Source: Verrucomicrobiota bacterium
GTDB taxonomy: Bacteria > Verrucomicrobiota > Verrucomicrobiia > Verrucomicrobiales > DEV007
Reading direction: 5' to 3'
DNA length: 64,000 bases
Assembly: GCA_045046875.1 (NCBI GenBank)
Contig: JASFYY010000078.1
Location: forward strand, 14,383 to 78,382
Shown: positions 18,278 to 28,336 of the stretch, one piece after another
Layout of the letters: each line of letters opens with the position of its first letter
How positions within the stretch are numbered: the stretch's first letter is position 1
Program-made: the position numbers and the translations under genes
The notes under the pieces: generated by a model
What the model saw: only the letters and a program-made list of their open reading frames with translations
Database searches by the model: none
What the model was told of the DNA's origin: nothing

Positions 18278-21200
18278 TCATTTTTTCGCGGTCAAATCCT
18301 CTGCCAGAATGGATTTGGCATGGCTGGCAAAATGTCCACGCAGATCGGAAGCGTAGGCGGTGAGGATTTTTCTGGCTAGTCCGTCGTGATCTCCGCAACG
18401 GTACAAAGCCCGTGCAAGGATCAGTTCGCGCAGGGAGTTGTTGCGGGTCGAGTTGTCCACCGTGCTCAGTGGAGAACGCTCGATGATGTTATTGATTTCA
18501 ACAAAACTGTGCCCACTGATGCCGGGTTGGGTCAGCAGGGCAGCCAACGGGGCAGCGGCTTTGGGATCGCGGTAGTTTTCCAGTGCGATGGCAATCGCGC
18601 GGGTGTGGGAAAATTCGCTTTCCGGGGTGAGTAGTTCGAGCTTGCTGAGAATGACGGGTAAACCTTGAGCAGCTTTGGTTCGTCCCAGGGCGATGATCAG
18701 GTTGTCCAGCGGGCTGGTCGATGCTCCGAACTGACCCATGCCGCGGAAATTCCATCCTTCGTCCCAATCGGATTTTTTGATGGCGGCGATCAGTGAGTCG
18801 GCACCGGTGCTGTCGTAGAGCATGCCCAGCACATGAGCGTAACGAAGTTTTTCATCTTCTTCAGTGTTGTCATTAAAAGCCTCACGTAGCAAAGGTAGTG
18901 AGAATTTTGTATCGGTCAGTACCTGGGCAATTCCGCTGTAGTCCTTGCCGATTGCCTTGACCGCTTCCTGCATGATGGCCGGGCTGATCGGGTAGCTGTC
19001 TCCGATCGTGAGCATTTTTTCAGGGATGATGTCCTGTTCGATCAGATGTTTCTGTAGTGCTTTGATATCGATCTTGCGAATGGTCGTTCCATTTTCGGCA
19101 GCCATCGCCGAAGCTTTGCCTGCGGCATAACCCTGATTTTGGACATCAGCTTGCATGCGCATCACCGGCATCGCATCACCGTGGGCGCTCATGCCGAGGC
19201 CGGTGACGAGCAGGCCGTCTTTGCCTTTGGGCATCAGGGCGCGATAAGGGACGTTGCCGGTCAGTCCTTTTTTATCCGGCGGAGTGACCATGAACAATGA
19301 GTGGCTGGAAAAACCGTGGTTGTCGAAGTTGCTTTTGGATACAGTGATGATGTCGGGGTAGGTCCGGTCGTTGATGATATCCATCGGCGAGATAACGATG
19401 TCACCGACGATGCGGCGGCGGGCGCGGGTATCGATGAGCTGACCGAGGTCAAAGGCGTCGGCGTATTTGCGTTTGCCTACAACATGGATGCGCCACATGT
19501 CGAGCACGTCGTCATCATCGACAAAAGTCCAGTCGGTATTGAGGTAGCTTTCGCCCGGGGTCATCGGCGGTAGCCCGGTTCCTTGCACGGAAATATGTTC
19601 GCCTTTGATGGACTGGGTTTCCATCCCAGCGCAGGCAGGGATCACCGCATTGCCAGTGGCGTCGATGACGGTATTGGCGAGCACCACTCCACGTCCGTGT
19701 GGGGTGGCAACGATCACTCCGATGCAACGGTCACCGTCCATGATGGCTCCCGCTCCGAGGGTGCGGAACCAGACGTCGCCGCCGGCCTTGACGATTTCAC
19801 TGCGCAGCCATTCCATTTTGTGTTCGATGTTCCAGCCCTTGTTGCTTTTGACTCCGGGGGTATAACTGGCGACGCCTTTGTCGATCTCTGCGGTGAAACC
19901 GACCCGGTTGCCGTGGTAGTATTTTGAAATTCGACCAATGGTTCCAACCCCGCCGAGTCCGTAGAGGTATTCAAGCACCAGGGTTTTTGCTCCGCCACGT
20001 GCCGCACCGACACCGGCTGGGGCGCCTCCGGTGCCACCGCCGACGATCACGGTGTCGTAGCGGGCGATGACGGGAAGACCGCGCGCGGGGTTTTGGATTG
20101 GGCTGGCCTGGTCGAGGTCGGCTAAGGAACGCAAGCCTTGCAACATTTCTCCAATCTGGGCTTTTTTAGCTCCCTCGAGTGGCAATCCACTGACGGTGAT
20201 TTCAGTGACACCCCCGATTTTGATCTTCTTGGCGTCGACTGCGGCGGCCTTCCCGACCCGGCTGCCGAGATCAATGCCGGGCAGTGGACGCATCAGAGTG
20301 GCAGCCGCTTCACGTGAAAGGGCGGCGCAAGCTCCGAGCACGTAGACCGCGTCCTTATCATCAGGCCGTAAGGTATCGAGGTTGACCTTTGCCGCTCCAG
20401 GCCAAGCTCCGTTTTGCCGGGAGCGTGCCTTGAGTTCATCGGGAGGCACTTGATAGAGGACTTCGGAGGCGGCGACTTGATTGTCTTGCCAGCTTTGGTT
20501 GCGGGCTTCTTGATCCGCTCGCGCAAACGAGGCCCAAGTGCTGTCGGGCATGGGTAATTGCAGATCGTACTGGTAGGCTTTGACGATTTTTCCTCCTACA
20601 GAAAAACGCAGGTTGAGCTCTTTGGCCTTTTTGCCCGGATCTCCGCCGAGAACGATGCGTTGGAAAGACTGCTCGCCCACTGGGTAGTCGGTGAATTCAG
20701 CGCCGCTGAGACGGGCGGCGATGCCGCGGTCGGTGGCGTCGATCAGGACCTTGGCGCGCACCGCCTGGCGACCGGAGCGATTGACGATCGTGATGCCGGC
20801 GAATTGGCCTTGTTGATCGCGCAGGATGTCACCGAGGTAACAACCGTAAAGGAAATCCACTTTGGCTTCGAGCAGCGCCGTATCGAGGCTTTTTTTGACC
20901 TGCATCGGGGTGGTGACCGCCAGCAGTTTTTGATTTTTTGTGACCGGCAGTGCTGCCGAGCCGTCTTCGATATGAAGTTCGGCGAGCAGCATGCGATTGC
21001 AGCCCTCCGCTTTGTTTAGCGACAGTTGGATGTAGCGGGTGGTGATATCAAAAGTTGTTTTAAGGTCAACGGTTGCCTTCTCGGCTAATTCCAGTCCGGT
21101 GTTTTTGATCACGGCGATTTCCTTCCATTGTTTGTTGTCATCACTGGTCGAGATCCGCAACTCGCCGACGGCAAAATCATTGGGGCGTTGGTAGGTCATC

Positions 21201-21745
21201 AGGCTGAGCCCGCCAACTTTGACCGCCTTGCCGAGGTCGGCGACGATGACCATATCATCATCGAATTGCAAACTGGCCGAGGCTGCGGAATCGGCACGTT
21301 TGTCGGTGAGGCGGGAAGGGGGTGAGGTGTCCGGGTGTTTGGGTGATGCGCTATTGCTGGTGATGTAGCTGAAAGGCAAGCCGGGTCTCAGTGGTGGCGC
21401 GGCTTGGGCGGCGGCGGCATTGAGGAAAATTGCCTTGCCTAGTGGAGAGGTGGGGCTTTCGCCTTCTTCCAGCCACAGCCGGTAGGTGGCGCACATGTCT
21501 TGCCCGAGATAGGGGCGGGAGGCGGCGAGAAAGACGCTCGCACCTTGTCCGGCGGCGGCCACGGCAGCGGCAACTCCCCGGGTGGTTCCGCCGACCACCA
21601 CTACATCAACATCGTAGGCGAGCGGGACTTCGCGGGCGGATTCTGCGACGGTGGCTTTTTTTTGTAACTGTGAAAAACTATCGCCAGGCAGCAGCAGCAG
21701 AGTGGCAAGAGCGGTGAATGCGATGGTGGTGAAGCTAGGTTTCAT
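18278..21745 (-). CDS. secreted FAD-dependent oxidoreductase (two FAD_oxidored modules, inserted discoidin F5/8-like domain, C-terminal HEAT-like repeats)
   Basis: DVVVVGGTTRGVAAA and DTVIVGGGTGGAPAG Rossmann motifs; two IDAT(D/G) motifs; VPYRALMP; DLG...ISTSDD..QW...RYIQL...LAEL discoidin signature. Confidence 0.8.
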   Translation of the reverse strand: MKPSFTTIAFTALATLLLLPGDSFSQLQKKATVAESAREVPLAYDVDVVVVGGTTRGVAAAVAAAGQGASVFLAASRPYLGQDMCATYRLWLEEGESPTSPLGKAIFLNAAAAQAAPPLRPGLPFSYITSNSASPKHPDTSPPSRLTDKRADSAASASLQFDDDMVIVADLGKAVKVGGLSLMTYQRPNDFAVGELRISTSDDNKQWKEIAVIKNTGLELAEKATVDLKTTFDITTRYIQLSLNKAEGCNRMLLAELHIEDGSAALPVTKNQKLLAVTTPMQVKKSLDTALLEAKVDFLYGCYLGDILRDQQGQFAGITIVNRSGRQAVRAKVLIDATDRGIAARLSGAEFTDYPVGEQSFQRIVLGGDPGKKAKELNLRFSVGGKIVKAYQYDLQLPMPDSTWASFARADQEARNQSWQDNQVAASEVLYQVPPDELKARSRQNGAWPGAAKVNLDTLRPDDKDAVYVLGACAALSREAAATLMRPLPGIDLGSRVGKAAAVDAKKIKIGGVTEITVSGLPLEGAKKAQIGEMLQGLRSLADLDQASPIQNPARGLPVIARYDTVIVGGGTGGAPAGVGAARGGAKTLVLEYLYGLGGVGTIGRISKYYHGNRVGFTAEIDKGVASYTPGVKSNKGWNIEHKMEWLRSEIVKAGGDVWFRTLGAGAIMDGDRCIGVIVATPHGRGVVLANTVIDATGNAVIPACAGMETQSIKGEHISVQGTGLPPMTPGESYLNTDWTFVDDDDVLDMWRIHVVGKRKYADAFDLGQLIDTRARRRIVGDIVISPMDIINDRTYPDIITVSKSNFDNHGFSSHSLFMVTPPDKKGLTGNVPYRALMPKGKDGLLVTGLGMSAHGDAMPVMRMQADVQNQGYAAGKASAMAAENGTTIRKIDIKALQKHLIEQDIIPEKMLTIGDSYPISPAIMQEAVKAIGKDYSGIAQVLTDTKFSLPLLREAFNDNTEEDEKLRYAHVLGMLYDSTGADSLIAAIKKSDWDEGWNFRGMGQFGASTSPLDNLIIALGRTKAAQGLPVILSKLELLTPESEFSHTRAIAIALENYRDPKAAAPLAALLTQPGISGHSFVEINNIIERSPLSTVDNSTRNNSLRELILARALYRCGDHDGLARKILTAYASDLRGHFASHAKSILAEDLTAKK

Positions 21746-21913
21746 GGATAAAAAATGTTCGGATTAAAAATCGATTTCGGCCCCTTTGGACGATGGGGTG
21801 GGGTTGGTTGCTGGGTTTTGTCACCTAATATAGCCGCAGATTGTGTTTTTGGACGCTTGTGGACAATATATTTTCTTGAAAGAAGTGGCGAGGTGTAACG
21901 TAATATCACTAAG

Positions 21914-22504
21914 ATGTTTATCAGAGCGACCATTTTCTCCTGCGTATTAGTAATTTCCCTGAACCAAGTCGTGGCCGATGAAGCTGATGCCGACAAGGTG
22001 GTGCGCGCGGCCCGGGCACAAATCGGTGTCACCCTGAGTTACGACGGGGGCTATCAAAGTCTGGATTATCCCAACGGAGACGTGCCGATCGAAGTGGGCG
22101 TTTGCACCGATGTGGTGATTCGGGCTTTGCGTTCGAGTTTGACGATTGATTTGCAGAAACAGGTCCATCAGGACATGAAAGCCAACTTTTCCAGTTATCC
22201 GAAAAACTGGGGGCTTAAGCGACCGGATAAAAACATCGATCACCGGCGGGTGCCTAATCTAAAAACCTATTTTAAACGCATGGGTTATCAATTGCCTGTG
22301 ACAAAAGATCCTGGGGATTATCAAGCGGGAGACTTGGTTACTTGCACGGTGCCGCCGCATTTACCGCACATCATGATCGTCAGTGACAAGAAGAGCGAAG
22401 ATGGAACGCCGTGGGTGATCCATAATATAGGTGCAGGGACGCAGGAAGAGAACCGGTTGTTTGAATTTAAGATCACTGGGCACTACCGGTTGAAGAGAAA
22501 ATGA
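21914..22504 (+). CDS. DUF1287 (YijF-like) protein
   Basis: YPNGDVP..GVCTDVVIRA; DKNIDHRRVPNL; GDLVT; HNIGAG; ITGHYR. Confidence 0.9.
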   Translation: MFIRATIFSCVLVISLNQVVADEADADKVVRAARAQIGVTLSYDGGYQSLDYPNGDVPIEVGVCTDVVIRALRSSLTIDLQKQVHQDMKANFSSYPKNWGLKRPDKNIDHRRVPNLKTYFKRMGYQLPVTKDPGDYQAGDLVTCTVPPHLPHIMIVSDKKSEDGTPWVIHNIGAGTQEENRLFEFKITGHYRLKRK

Positions 22505-22580
22505 AGTTTCTTTAATCCTTCTGCAGCGGAGTTGCCAAGCCCATTCATCTGGTTGAAGCTGGCCATAGTATAGATTCACC

Positions 22581-24233
22581 ATGCGCTTGCACACTCGCCA
22601 ACACCTAGCCCGCCTCTCGCGGGACCGTTCGTTTTTGTTGCGCACGGGTTTTGTGATCATGGCGGTGGCTTGTGCGATCGGGTGGTTGGTTTCCATGTTC
22701 ACCTCAGCACAGGGGATGCAGGCGATGCTGGTGTCTGCGGAGGGGGATGCGGGCAGGTTGGGCGAGATGCTTGGTGAGAGCCAGGATCTCAATGCCGAGC
22801 AAGCGGCTGATTGGATTCGCAAGGCTGATCAAGTGATGTTGAAGATGGCTTTGCAGCGATCCCGTAACGCTCCGCTGGATGGGCTGGGCATTGATTCCGG
22901 CGGCGATAAAAAGGCGCTGTCACTGCAGGCGCCTTTGCCGATGTTGGAGAAAATCATTTCCGAAGCGAGCAAAGTGGACGCTTCGGAGCGTATGCTGCTG
23001 TTAAACTTCGCCCGGGCGTTGTATGGCGAAGATGAAGAGAGGAACAGGGCGACGGAAAATCTGCGTCAAGCGACAGCCATGGAGCCGGCGGTTCGTTTTG
23101 CCAATGAATTTTACGCCGATGTGTTGATGAAATCTGAACAGGGTGACCCAGATAAGGCCTTGAGGCATTATTTGCGAGAAGCTGATCTTTTTGAGGAGGC
23201 GGCCTACGCACGGCAACACGTGGTTCGCATATTGCTACTCAATGAAGACCGGCCGGGTTTGGAAAAAATTAGCGCTGACGCTAGATATCAGGCCGATCTA
23301 GATGCTCACAGCCAAATGCGAATCGCCACCGTATTGCGTGATTGGCCGGGTTTGGCTAAAGCGGTGCTGAAGTTTGATTATGATCGTAGCAGCCTTGGGC
23401 GTTATTTGATCAGCTTGTTCGCCGGAGCCATTTGGCTGATTATCATTGGTCAATTTGCCGGCTTCGAGAAACGCCGGCTGATACTCTATGCGCTCGCTTT
23501 AGTGCTGGGGGTGATGAGTGCCAGTGCCACCTTATTCACCGTGGTGATTCAAGAGCAGATTCGGGGATTCACGATGGAGGGGGATCTGATGCATCAACTC
23601 ATTTACTGCGTAGCTGGCATTGGTTTGCGAGAAGAAAGCCTCAAGTTGTTGTTTTTTGTTCCGCTGATCCCTTTGCTCAAAAAACGACCGCAGATTGATG
23701 CTTTGGTGGCGGCGGCTATTGTGGGTTTGGGTTTCGCCATTCAGGAAAACGTAGGCTATTATCAGGGCGGAGGTTTTTCGCCCTGGGCGCGTTTTTTCAC
23801 TGCTAATTTCTTTCACATGGCGGTGACCGGTTTACTGGGGCTGGCTTTGGTGCAGTTTGTGCGTTGGCCACGTACCCGCTGGGAAGAATTGCTGTCGACC
23901 TTTATTGCCGCCGTGGTGCTGCATGGTCTCTATGATGCTTTTTATATGATCCCGCAGTTGCTGGAGTTTTCGTCCTTTGCGCCGCTTTTGATCCTATCGG
24001 TGATCGCTTATCGCTTTTTTGATATAGGCGAGCATTTGGCTTCATCCAGCAGGAGGCGGGATTTGTCGCCTTTGGGGGTTTTTGTAGTGGGTGCGGCTTT
24101 GCTGGCTGGGGTGCTGATGATCGTTTCCTGTTGGGGCATGCCTTTTCGTCTGGCTTTGATGGGCTTTTTGGGATCGGGATTAAGTATTTTTCCGATCATA
24201 TTCATATTCATCAACCGTTTCCGGGACGCGTGA
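22581..24233 (+). CDS. PrsW-family intramembrane protease with periplasmic TPR-like region
   Basis: GLREESLK; GLGFAIQEN; FFH; LHGLYD motifs; multiple TM helices. Confidence 0.85.
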   Translation: MRLHTRQHLARLSRDRSFLLRTGFVIMAVACAIGWLVSMFTSAQGMQAMLVSAEGDAGRLGEMLGESQDLNAEQAADWIRKADQVMLKMALQRSRNAPLDGLGIDSGGDKKALSLQAPLPMLEKIISEASKVDASERMLLLNFARALYGEDEERNRATENLRQATAMEPAVRFANEFYADVLMKSEQGDPDKALRHYLREADLFEEAAYARQHVVRILLLNEDRPGLEKISADARYQADLDAHSQMRIATVLRDWPGLAKAVLKFDYDRSSLGRYLISLFAGAIWLIIIGQFAGFEKRRLILYALALVLGVMSASATLFTVVIQEQIRGFTMEGDLMHQLIYCVAGIGLREESLKLLFFVPLIPLLKKRPQIDALVAAAIVGLGFAIQENVGYYQGGGFSPWARFFTANFFHMAVTGLLGLALVQFVRWPRTRWEELLSTFIAAVVLHGLYDAFYMIPQLLEFSSFAPLLILSVIAYRFFDIGEHLASSSRRRDLSPLGVFVVGAALLAGVLMIVSCWGMPFRLALMGFLGSGLSIFPIIFIFINRFRDA

Positions 24234-24365
24234 TGGTAAGGAAACAAAATTTTCAGACAAAACAAGCTGCTCTACGAAGCTTTCATTCTGGCGCCTTGCC
24301 ATTATAAATTTCCTTTTATTTTCTCATCTGCCCTTTGCTGTTTTTTTGTTTATCTTGTTGTTATC

Positions 24366-25124
24366 ATGAATTCCGAACCAAGCCCCGAATTGCCGCCCCC
24401 CCACCTGGCGACCGATAATGAGACTTCCCACTTGGCAAAGCCGGCAAAAGCCAGGCGCAGTGTGTTTAAAACGATCATGCTGGTATTTCTCGGTCTGTTC
24501 GTGATTGGCGGGATCGCTGCGGGGGGCTGGTACTGGTATTATTTCCATGCCAGCGCGTTTTCGCCAGTGGAGTTGTCGAGCAAGGAGCAATTGATCCTGA
24601 ATGACAAAATCGAGCTGGCTGGCGGGGATGCGGTGTTTGTCGGTGCCGAGGCTCTGGAGCCGAATGATAAACCTATTGTCATTCGTGACAGCAAAGAGCT
24701 GCAGGCTCAGCGCGAAGAAGATCGCCGCACCATCATTTTTAGTGAAAAAGAGATCAACGCGGTGCTGCATCACAACACTGATTTGGCCGATAAATTGTAT
24801 ATTGACCTGAAACGGGATGTGATTGTCGCCAAGGTGGTTTATCCGGTGAAAGAGGATGTGGCGATCGTCGGCGGCAAGACTTTGCGGGCAAATATCACAA
24901 TGCGGATTTTTCTTGATGAAAACCGCCAACTTCAGCTTACTCTTGATGACCTTACCGTTGGCGGCATTCCGCTTCCGAATGCCTGGTTGTTTGATTTGAA
25001 GGATAAAAACTTGATTGAACTGGATGGCGAACCGGAAGGCACGGGATTACTGAAGCGTATCGCTGATGGCATCGCCGATTTTAAGATAGAAAATGGACAG
25101 ATAAAAATCCGTCTAAACGAATAA
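24366..25124 (+). CDS. membrane-anchored hypothetical protein
   Basis: single N-terminal TM; FSEKEINAVL; VGGIPLPNAWL..LK..NL. Confidence 0.75.
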   Translation: MNSEPSPELPPPHLATDNETSHLAKPAKARRSVFKTIMLVFLGLFVIGGIAAGGWYWYYFHASAFSPVELSSKEQLILNDKIELAGGDAVFVGAEALEPNDKPIVIRDSKELQAQREEDRRTIIFSEKEINAVLHHNTDLADKLYIDLKRDVIVAKVVYPVKEDVAIVGGKTLRANITMRIFLDENRQLQLTLDDLTVGGIPLPNAWLFDLKDKNLIELDGEPEGTGLLKRIADGIADFKIENGQIKIRLNE

Positions 25125-25163
25125 TTTCAAACACAGAACAGCTAAAACTAGCTAATTATTTTT

Positions 25164-26060
25164 ATGAGTGACAACAAAGAAGAAACTCCGGAGCCTAAAA
25201 AAGCTGCGGATCTCCCAAAAGAAAAAAGTCCTGCACCAGAATCCAGCGAGGAAAAATCAAAAACGGCATCGAGTTCGGCGAGACCTGTAGCAGGTCAGCG
25301 CAAACGCAGCTCTTCCAGAAGCCGCAAGCCCGCAGCTAGTGCTGATTCGGACTCTGCGGCTCCGGCTACAGCCAAATCAGAGCCTGCCAAAGCCGAATCG
25401 GATTCGTCTGTTAAACAAGAAGGCGAAGCTGCTTCTGAGAATAAAGAATCAAGTGATTCGGATACAGCTAGAACGGAGGGTCGACGCCAATCCGCCCGTC
25501 GCCCGGCCAAGAGAAAATCTGATTCCAATCGTCGCCGTTCGGATCGCAACCGTGAAGACGGTGAAGGTAATGAATCGCCGAATGAGGAAGGCGGAGACTC
25601 GTCGTCATCGTCAGATTCATCCGAGCGCAGGCAGGGGGGGCAACGCTCTGGGCGGAAAAGATCTGATTCCAACCGCCGTCGTTCGAGTTCTTCCTCACGA
25701 TCTTCTTCGTCTTCGCGGGGTGGACGTGCGCCTCGCAACAAACCTTCTTTGCGTCTGCCTCCGGTTAATTTTGAAGAATTACAGACCAAAGCCTGGGAGC
25801 TCTATCGAGCTGATGTCAGCGAGGAAAGCACCGCGATGTTTAATGAAGAGGAAGCGGACGATCTGACCCGCCGCAGCTTCATTCTCGCCGACATTTTCCT
25901 GCGCTATCGTGATGATCTGATTGAGAGCAAGAATGCTGACAAATCAGAGAGCGTGTCCAAGGAGGATGAAGCGCCCAAGGCAGCAGCGGTAGAAGCGGAA
26001 GTGCCTGCGTCCGAGAAAGCTAAAAGTGAAAACAAGGAAGAGGATAAAACCTCTGAGTGA
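25164..26060 (+). CDS. intrinsically disordered Ser/Arg/Glu-rich protein with short C-terminal helical domain
   Basis: 298-aa low-complexity ORF; (R)KSDSNRRRS / RSDSNRRRS repeated; ordered segment LQTKAWELYRADVSEES...RRSFILADIFL. Confidence 0.7.
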   Translation: MSDNKEETPEPKKAADLPKEKSPAPESSEEKSKTASSSARPVAGQRKRSSSRSRKPAASADSDSAAPATAKSEPAKAESDSSVKQEGEAASENKESSDSDTARTEGRRQSARRPAKRKSDSNRRRSDRNREDGEGNESPNEEGGDSSSSSDSSERRQGGQRSGRKRSDSNRRRSSSSSRSSSSSRGGRAPRNKPSLRLPPVNFEELQTKAWELYRADVSEESTAMFNEEEADDLTRRSFILADIFLRYRDDLIESKNADKSESVSKEDEAPKAAAVEAEVPASEKAKSENKEEDKTSE

Positions 26061-26117
26061 ATGGTGTAGCAAACCTAGCGCCGGCTCCCTGCCGGTGCTG
26101 AGTCCGGCACCCTAATT

Positions 26118-26137
26118 CCCCCGCATCTTCGCGGGGG
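26118..26137. terminator. GC-rich hairpin between convergent genes
   Basis: CCCCCGC-ATCTTC-GCGGGGG; no clear U-tract. Confidence 0.3.
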
Positions 26138-26176
26138 GCACTATTCATTTCTATACAGTCCATCTTAAAAGAGTTT

Positions 26177-26207
26177 AACCGCGGATAGCGCGGATGAACG
26201 CGGATAA
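26177..26207 (+). repeat. solo CACGGAT/CGCGGAT-type repeat arm
   Basis: AACCGCGGATAGCGCGGATGAACGCGGATAA, same family as 13345 and 6854. Confidence 0.65.
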
Positions 26208-26290
26208 GAAAGAAATTTAATACAAAATCGCGAAGACCTTTTATTCTAAGGGGCGCGGCAATCAAACAAGTTTTTTATAAGACAGCCGAG

Positions 26291-26815
26291 TTAAGCTGTT
26301 GTAGCTGCACCACCAGCGGTGACCGGTTTGCGCCGCGCGGCTTCTTGATCCAGCTGTAACAAGCCGACGGGGTTATCTCCGATCAGCTCAAGACGGTCGA
26401 TCATGTCGCGGACATTTTTTTCTTCTTCGACTTGTTCATCGAGGAACCAGTTGAGGAAGTTTTTGGTCTCGTGGTCGCGGGTTTCTTCGGCGACAGAATA
26501 CAAGTGGTGAATCTGGACGGTGACCTTCTGTTCTTGCTCAAAGCTGGCTTTGAACACATCGAGAGCACTTGAGTAGCTCGCATCAGGTTGCGCGATAGAC
26601 ATCAGGCTGACCTGGGCATTACGGTCGACGAGGAAGTGGTAAAACTTCATCGCATGGTCGGTCTCCTCCAAGCTCTGGGTGTACATCCATTGGGCAAATC
26701 CTGAATAAGGGGTCTCCTCGAACCATGACGACATCGCCAGGTAAACATAAGATGACGACATTTCGTGATTGATCTGCTCATTGAGCAGGCTTTGCAGTTT
26801 GCTGTCCAAGTCCAT
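26291..26815 (-). CDS. ftnA: non-heme ferritin
   Basis: LNEQINHE..SSYVYLAM; GFAQW...Q..EE..HAMK; E.KVT..I; FLNWFLDEQVEEE ferroxidase motifs. Confidence 0.95.
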   Translation of the reverse strand: MDLDSKLQSLLNEQINHEMSSSYVYLAMSSWFEETPYSGFAQWMYTQSLEETDHAMKFYHFLVDRNAQVSLMSIAQPDASYSSALDVFKASFEQEQKVTVQIHHLYSVAEETRDHETKNFLNWFLDEQVEEEKNVRDMIDRLELIGDNPVGLLQLDQEAARRKPVTAGGAATTA

Positions 26816-26850
26816 GGCGCCATCTTAGGGCAGCAAGGACTTGGTGTCCA
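26816..26850 (-). promoter_or_regulatory. sigma70-like leaderless promoter of ferritin
   Basis: minus strand TGGACA-N17-TAAGAT-N6-ATG; no SD sequence. Confidence 0.55.
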
Positions 26851-26880
26851 GAGCGGGGAAGACGAAAAGGTCTGCGGGAG

Positions 26881-27229
26881 GGGGGCAGGACAAAAAAAAT
26901 AGCCATTGGTTATTGCAGGCTAGTTTATCACACAGCAACATCATTTCGCCCGTTGCCTCCGGCTGTCTTCGCTACGCTGCGACTCAGGGCTGGCAATAAA
27001 ACCAATTTAACCCCAGCGCTTCGCACTGGACTATCACATTTTGTCCTTACAGGACAGTTTGCTTTCATCTCTTTTTGCACCAACGGTGTTCAATGATATA
27101 GCCCAGTGCGAAGCACTGGATGAAGAACCTAACTTTTCCAGCCCTGAGCCGGAGCGTAGCGGAAGACAACCGGAGGCAACGGGCGAAACGCATAGCTGTC
27201 AGGCAGCTTAACTATTCTGTCTTACACCC
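26881..27229 (-). mobile_element. MITE copy 2 (inverted, with two nested ~40-bp inserts)
   Basis: ends GGGGGCAGGACAAAAAAAATAGC and GCTTAACTATTCTGTCTTACACCC; core shared with copy 1; GTCTGCGG occurs in both flanks. Confidence 0.85.
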
Positions 27230-27281
27230 AGTCTGCGGCGAACACAGAAAGAACTTCGGTAGCTCTTAGCGCAATGGCAGC

Positions 27282-28049
27282 TTATCGATTCAAGCTGGAG
27301 GCAGGAGTCGACCAGGATGAACCGCCGTTTTGAGTCAGCACCAAAGTGGGCATGTGGCGTTCTTTCTGCAAGGCAGGATGAGAGGGCACTCGTTCGGCAG
27401 GAGATTGATCTACCGAGGTGCCAATCGCAGCGGCTGCGGCGACGACTGGAGCCAAAGTGGCCTGTAACATTGATCCGGGTAGAGGGCCGCGCACCACTTC
27501 GACTTCGGTTCCGGTGCCGATCTTTCGGTACAAGTTGATCACATCCCGCGAGCGCATCCGGATGCAGCCGTAACTGGCGGTCTGGCCGATTTTTTTCTCT
27601 TCAGCCGTGCCGTGGATGTAGATGAAGCGTTTGTAAGCGTGCCGGTTGCGACTCTCGGTGCCAGTCAGCCAGATGATGCGTGATACAATCGGGTCACGCC
27701 CTGGGGCGTTGGGTTTTAAAATCTCCCCCGTGCGGCGTCGGGATTTAAAAACCGCGCCTCTTGGAGCGGAGCCGCCGATTTTTTCGGCTACTTTCATAGT
27801 GCCCAGTGGGGTGCGGTAACTGCCGGGCTTATCTCCTTCCCCGAATTTTGAAGTGGAAACCGGATACTTGCGCACCAGTTTGCCCTCTTTATAAAGGGCG
27901 AGTTTTTGCTCTTTCACCGAAATCACCACCCGGTTGGAGGATTTGTTTGAAATCGTTGAGCATTGGCAAAAAAGTAGCAGAACGATGCCGCTCATCGAGC
28001 TGATAAAAATACGCTTGAGCCATAACGGCTGGGGTGCTGGTTTTTGCAT
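27282..28049 (-). CDS. L,D-transpeptidase (YkuD family)
   Basis: YPVSTSK; TPLG; IYIHGT...IG..ASYGCIRM. Confidence 0.9.
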   Translation of the reverse strand: MQKPAPQPLWLKRIFISSMSGIVLLLFCQCSTISNKSSNRVVISVKEQKLALYKEGKLVRKYPVSTSKFGEGDKPGSYRTPLGTMKVAEKIGGSAPRGAVFKSRRRTGEILKPNAPGRDPIVSRIIWLTGTESRNRHAYKRFIYIHGTAEEKKIGQTASYGCIRMRSRDVINLYRKIGTGTEVEVVRGPLPGSMLQATLAPVVAAAAAIGTSVDQSPAERVPSHPALQKERHMPTLVLTQNGGSSWSTPASSLNR

Positions 28050-28336
28050 AAGGATTAAGCCGGTTGAACCATCGCCTGTCGTGACTCGATGAAAATGAGG
28101 CGCTTCTGAAGACAGACAAAGCAGGGACTATCCTATAGATTCCATAAAAATCAAGATAGATTAAATTTCACCAATCATCACGGTATTACTTTTGGAATGG
28201 AAGCCTTCATGGGAGGGGGTGGCTGCAAAAACAAGATCAAAACAAAAACTGGCCAATTCAGGATTCAGACTCTATCTTGATCGTTCGAATGGCTATAGAG
28301 TTCGACTCCATATAAGATCAGATCATTTTTGTTTTC

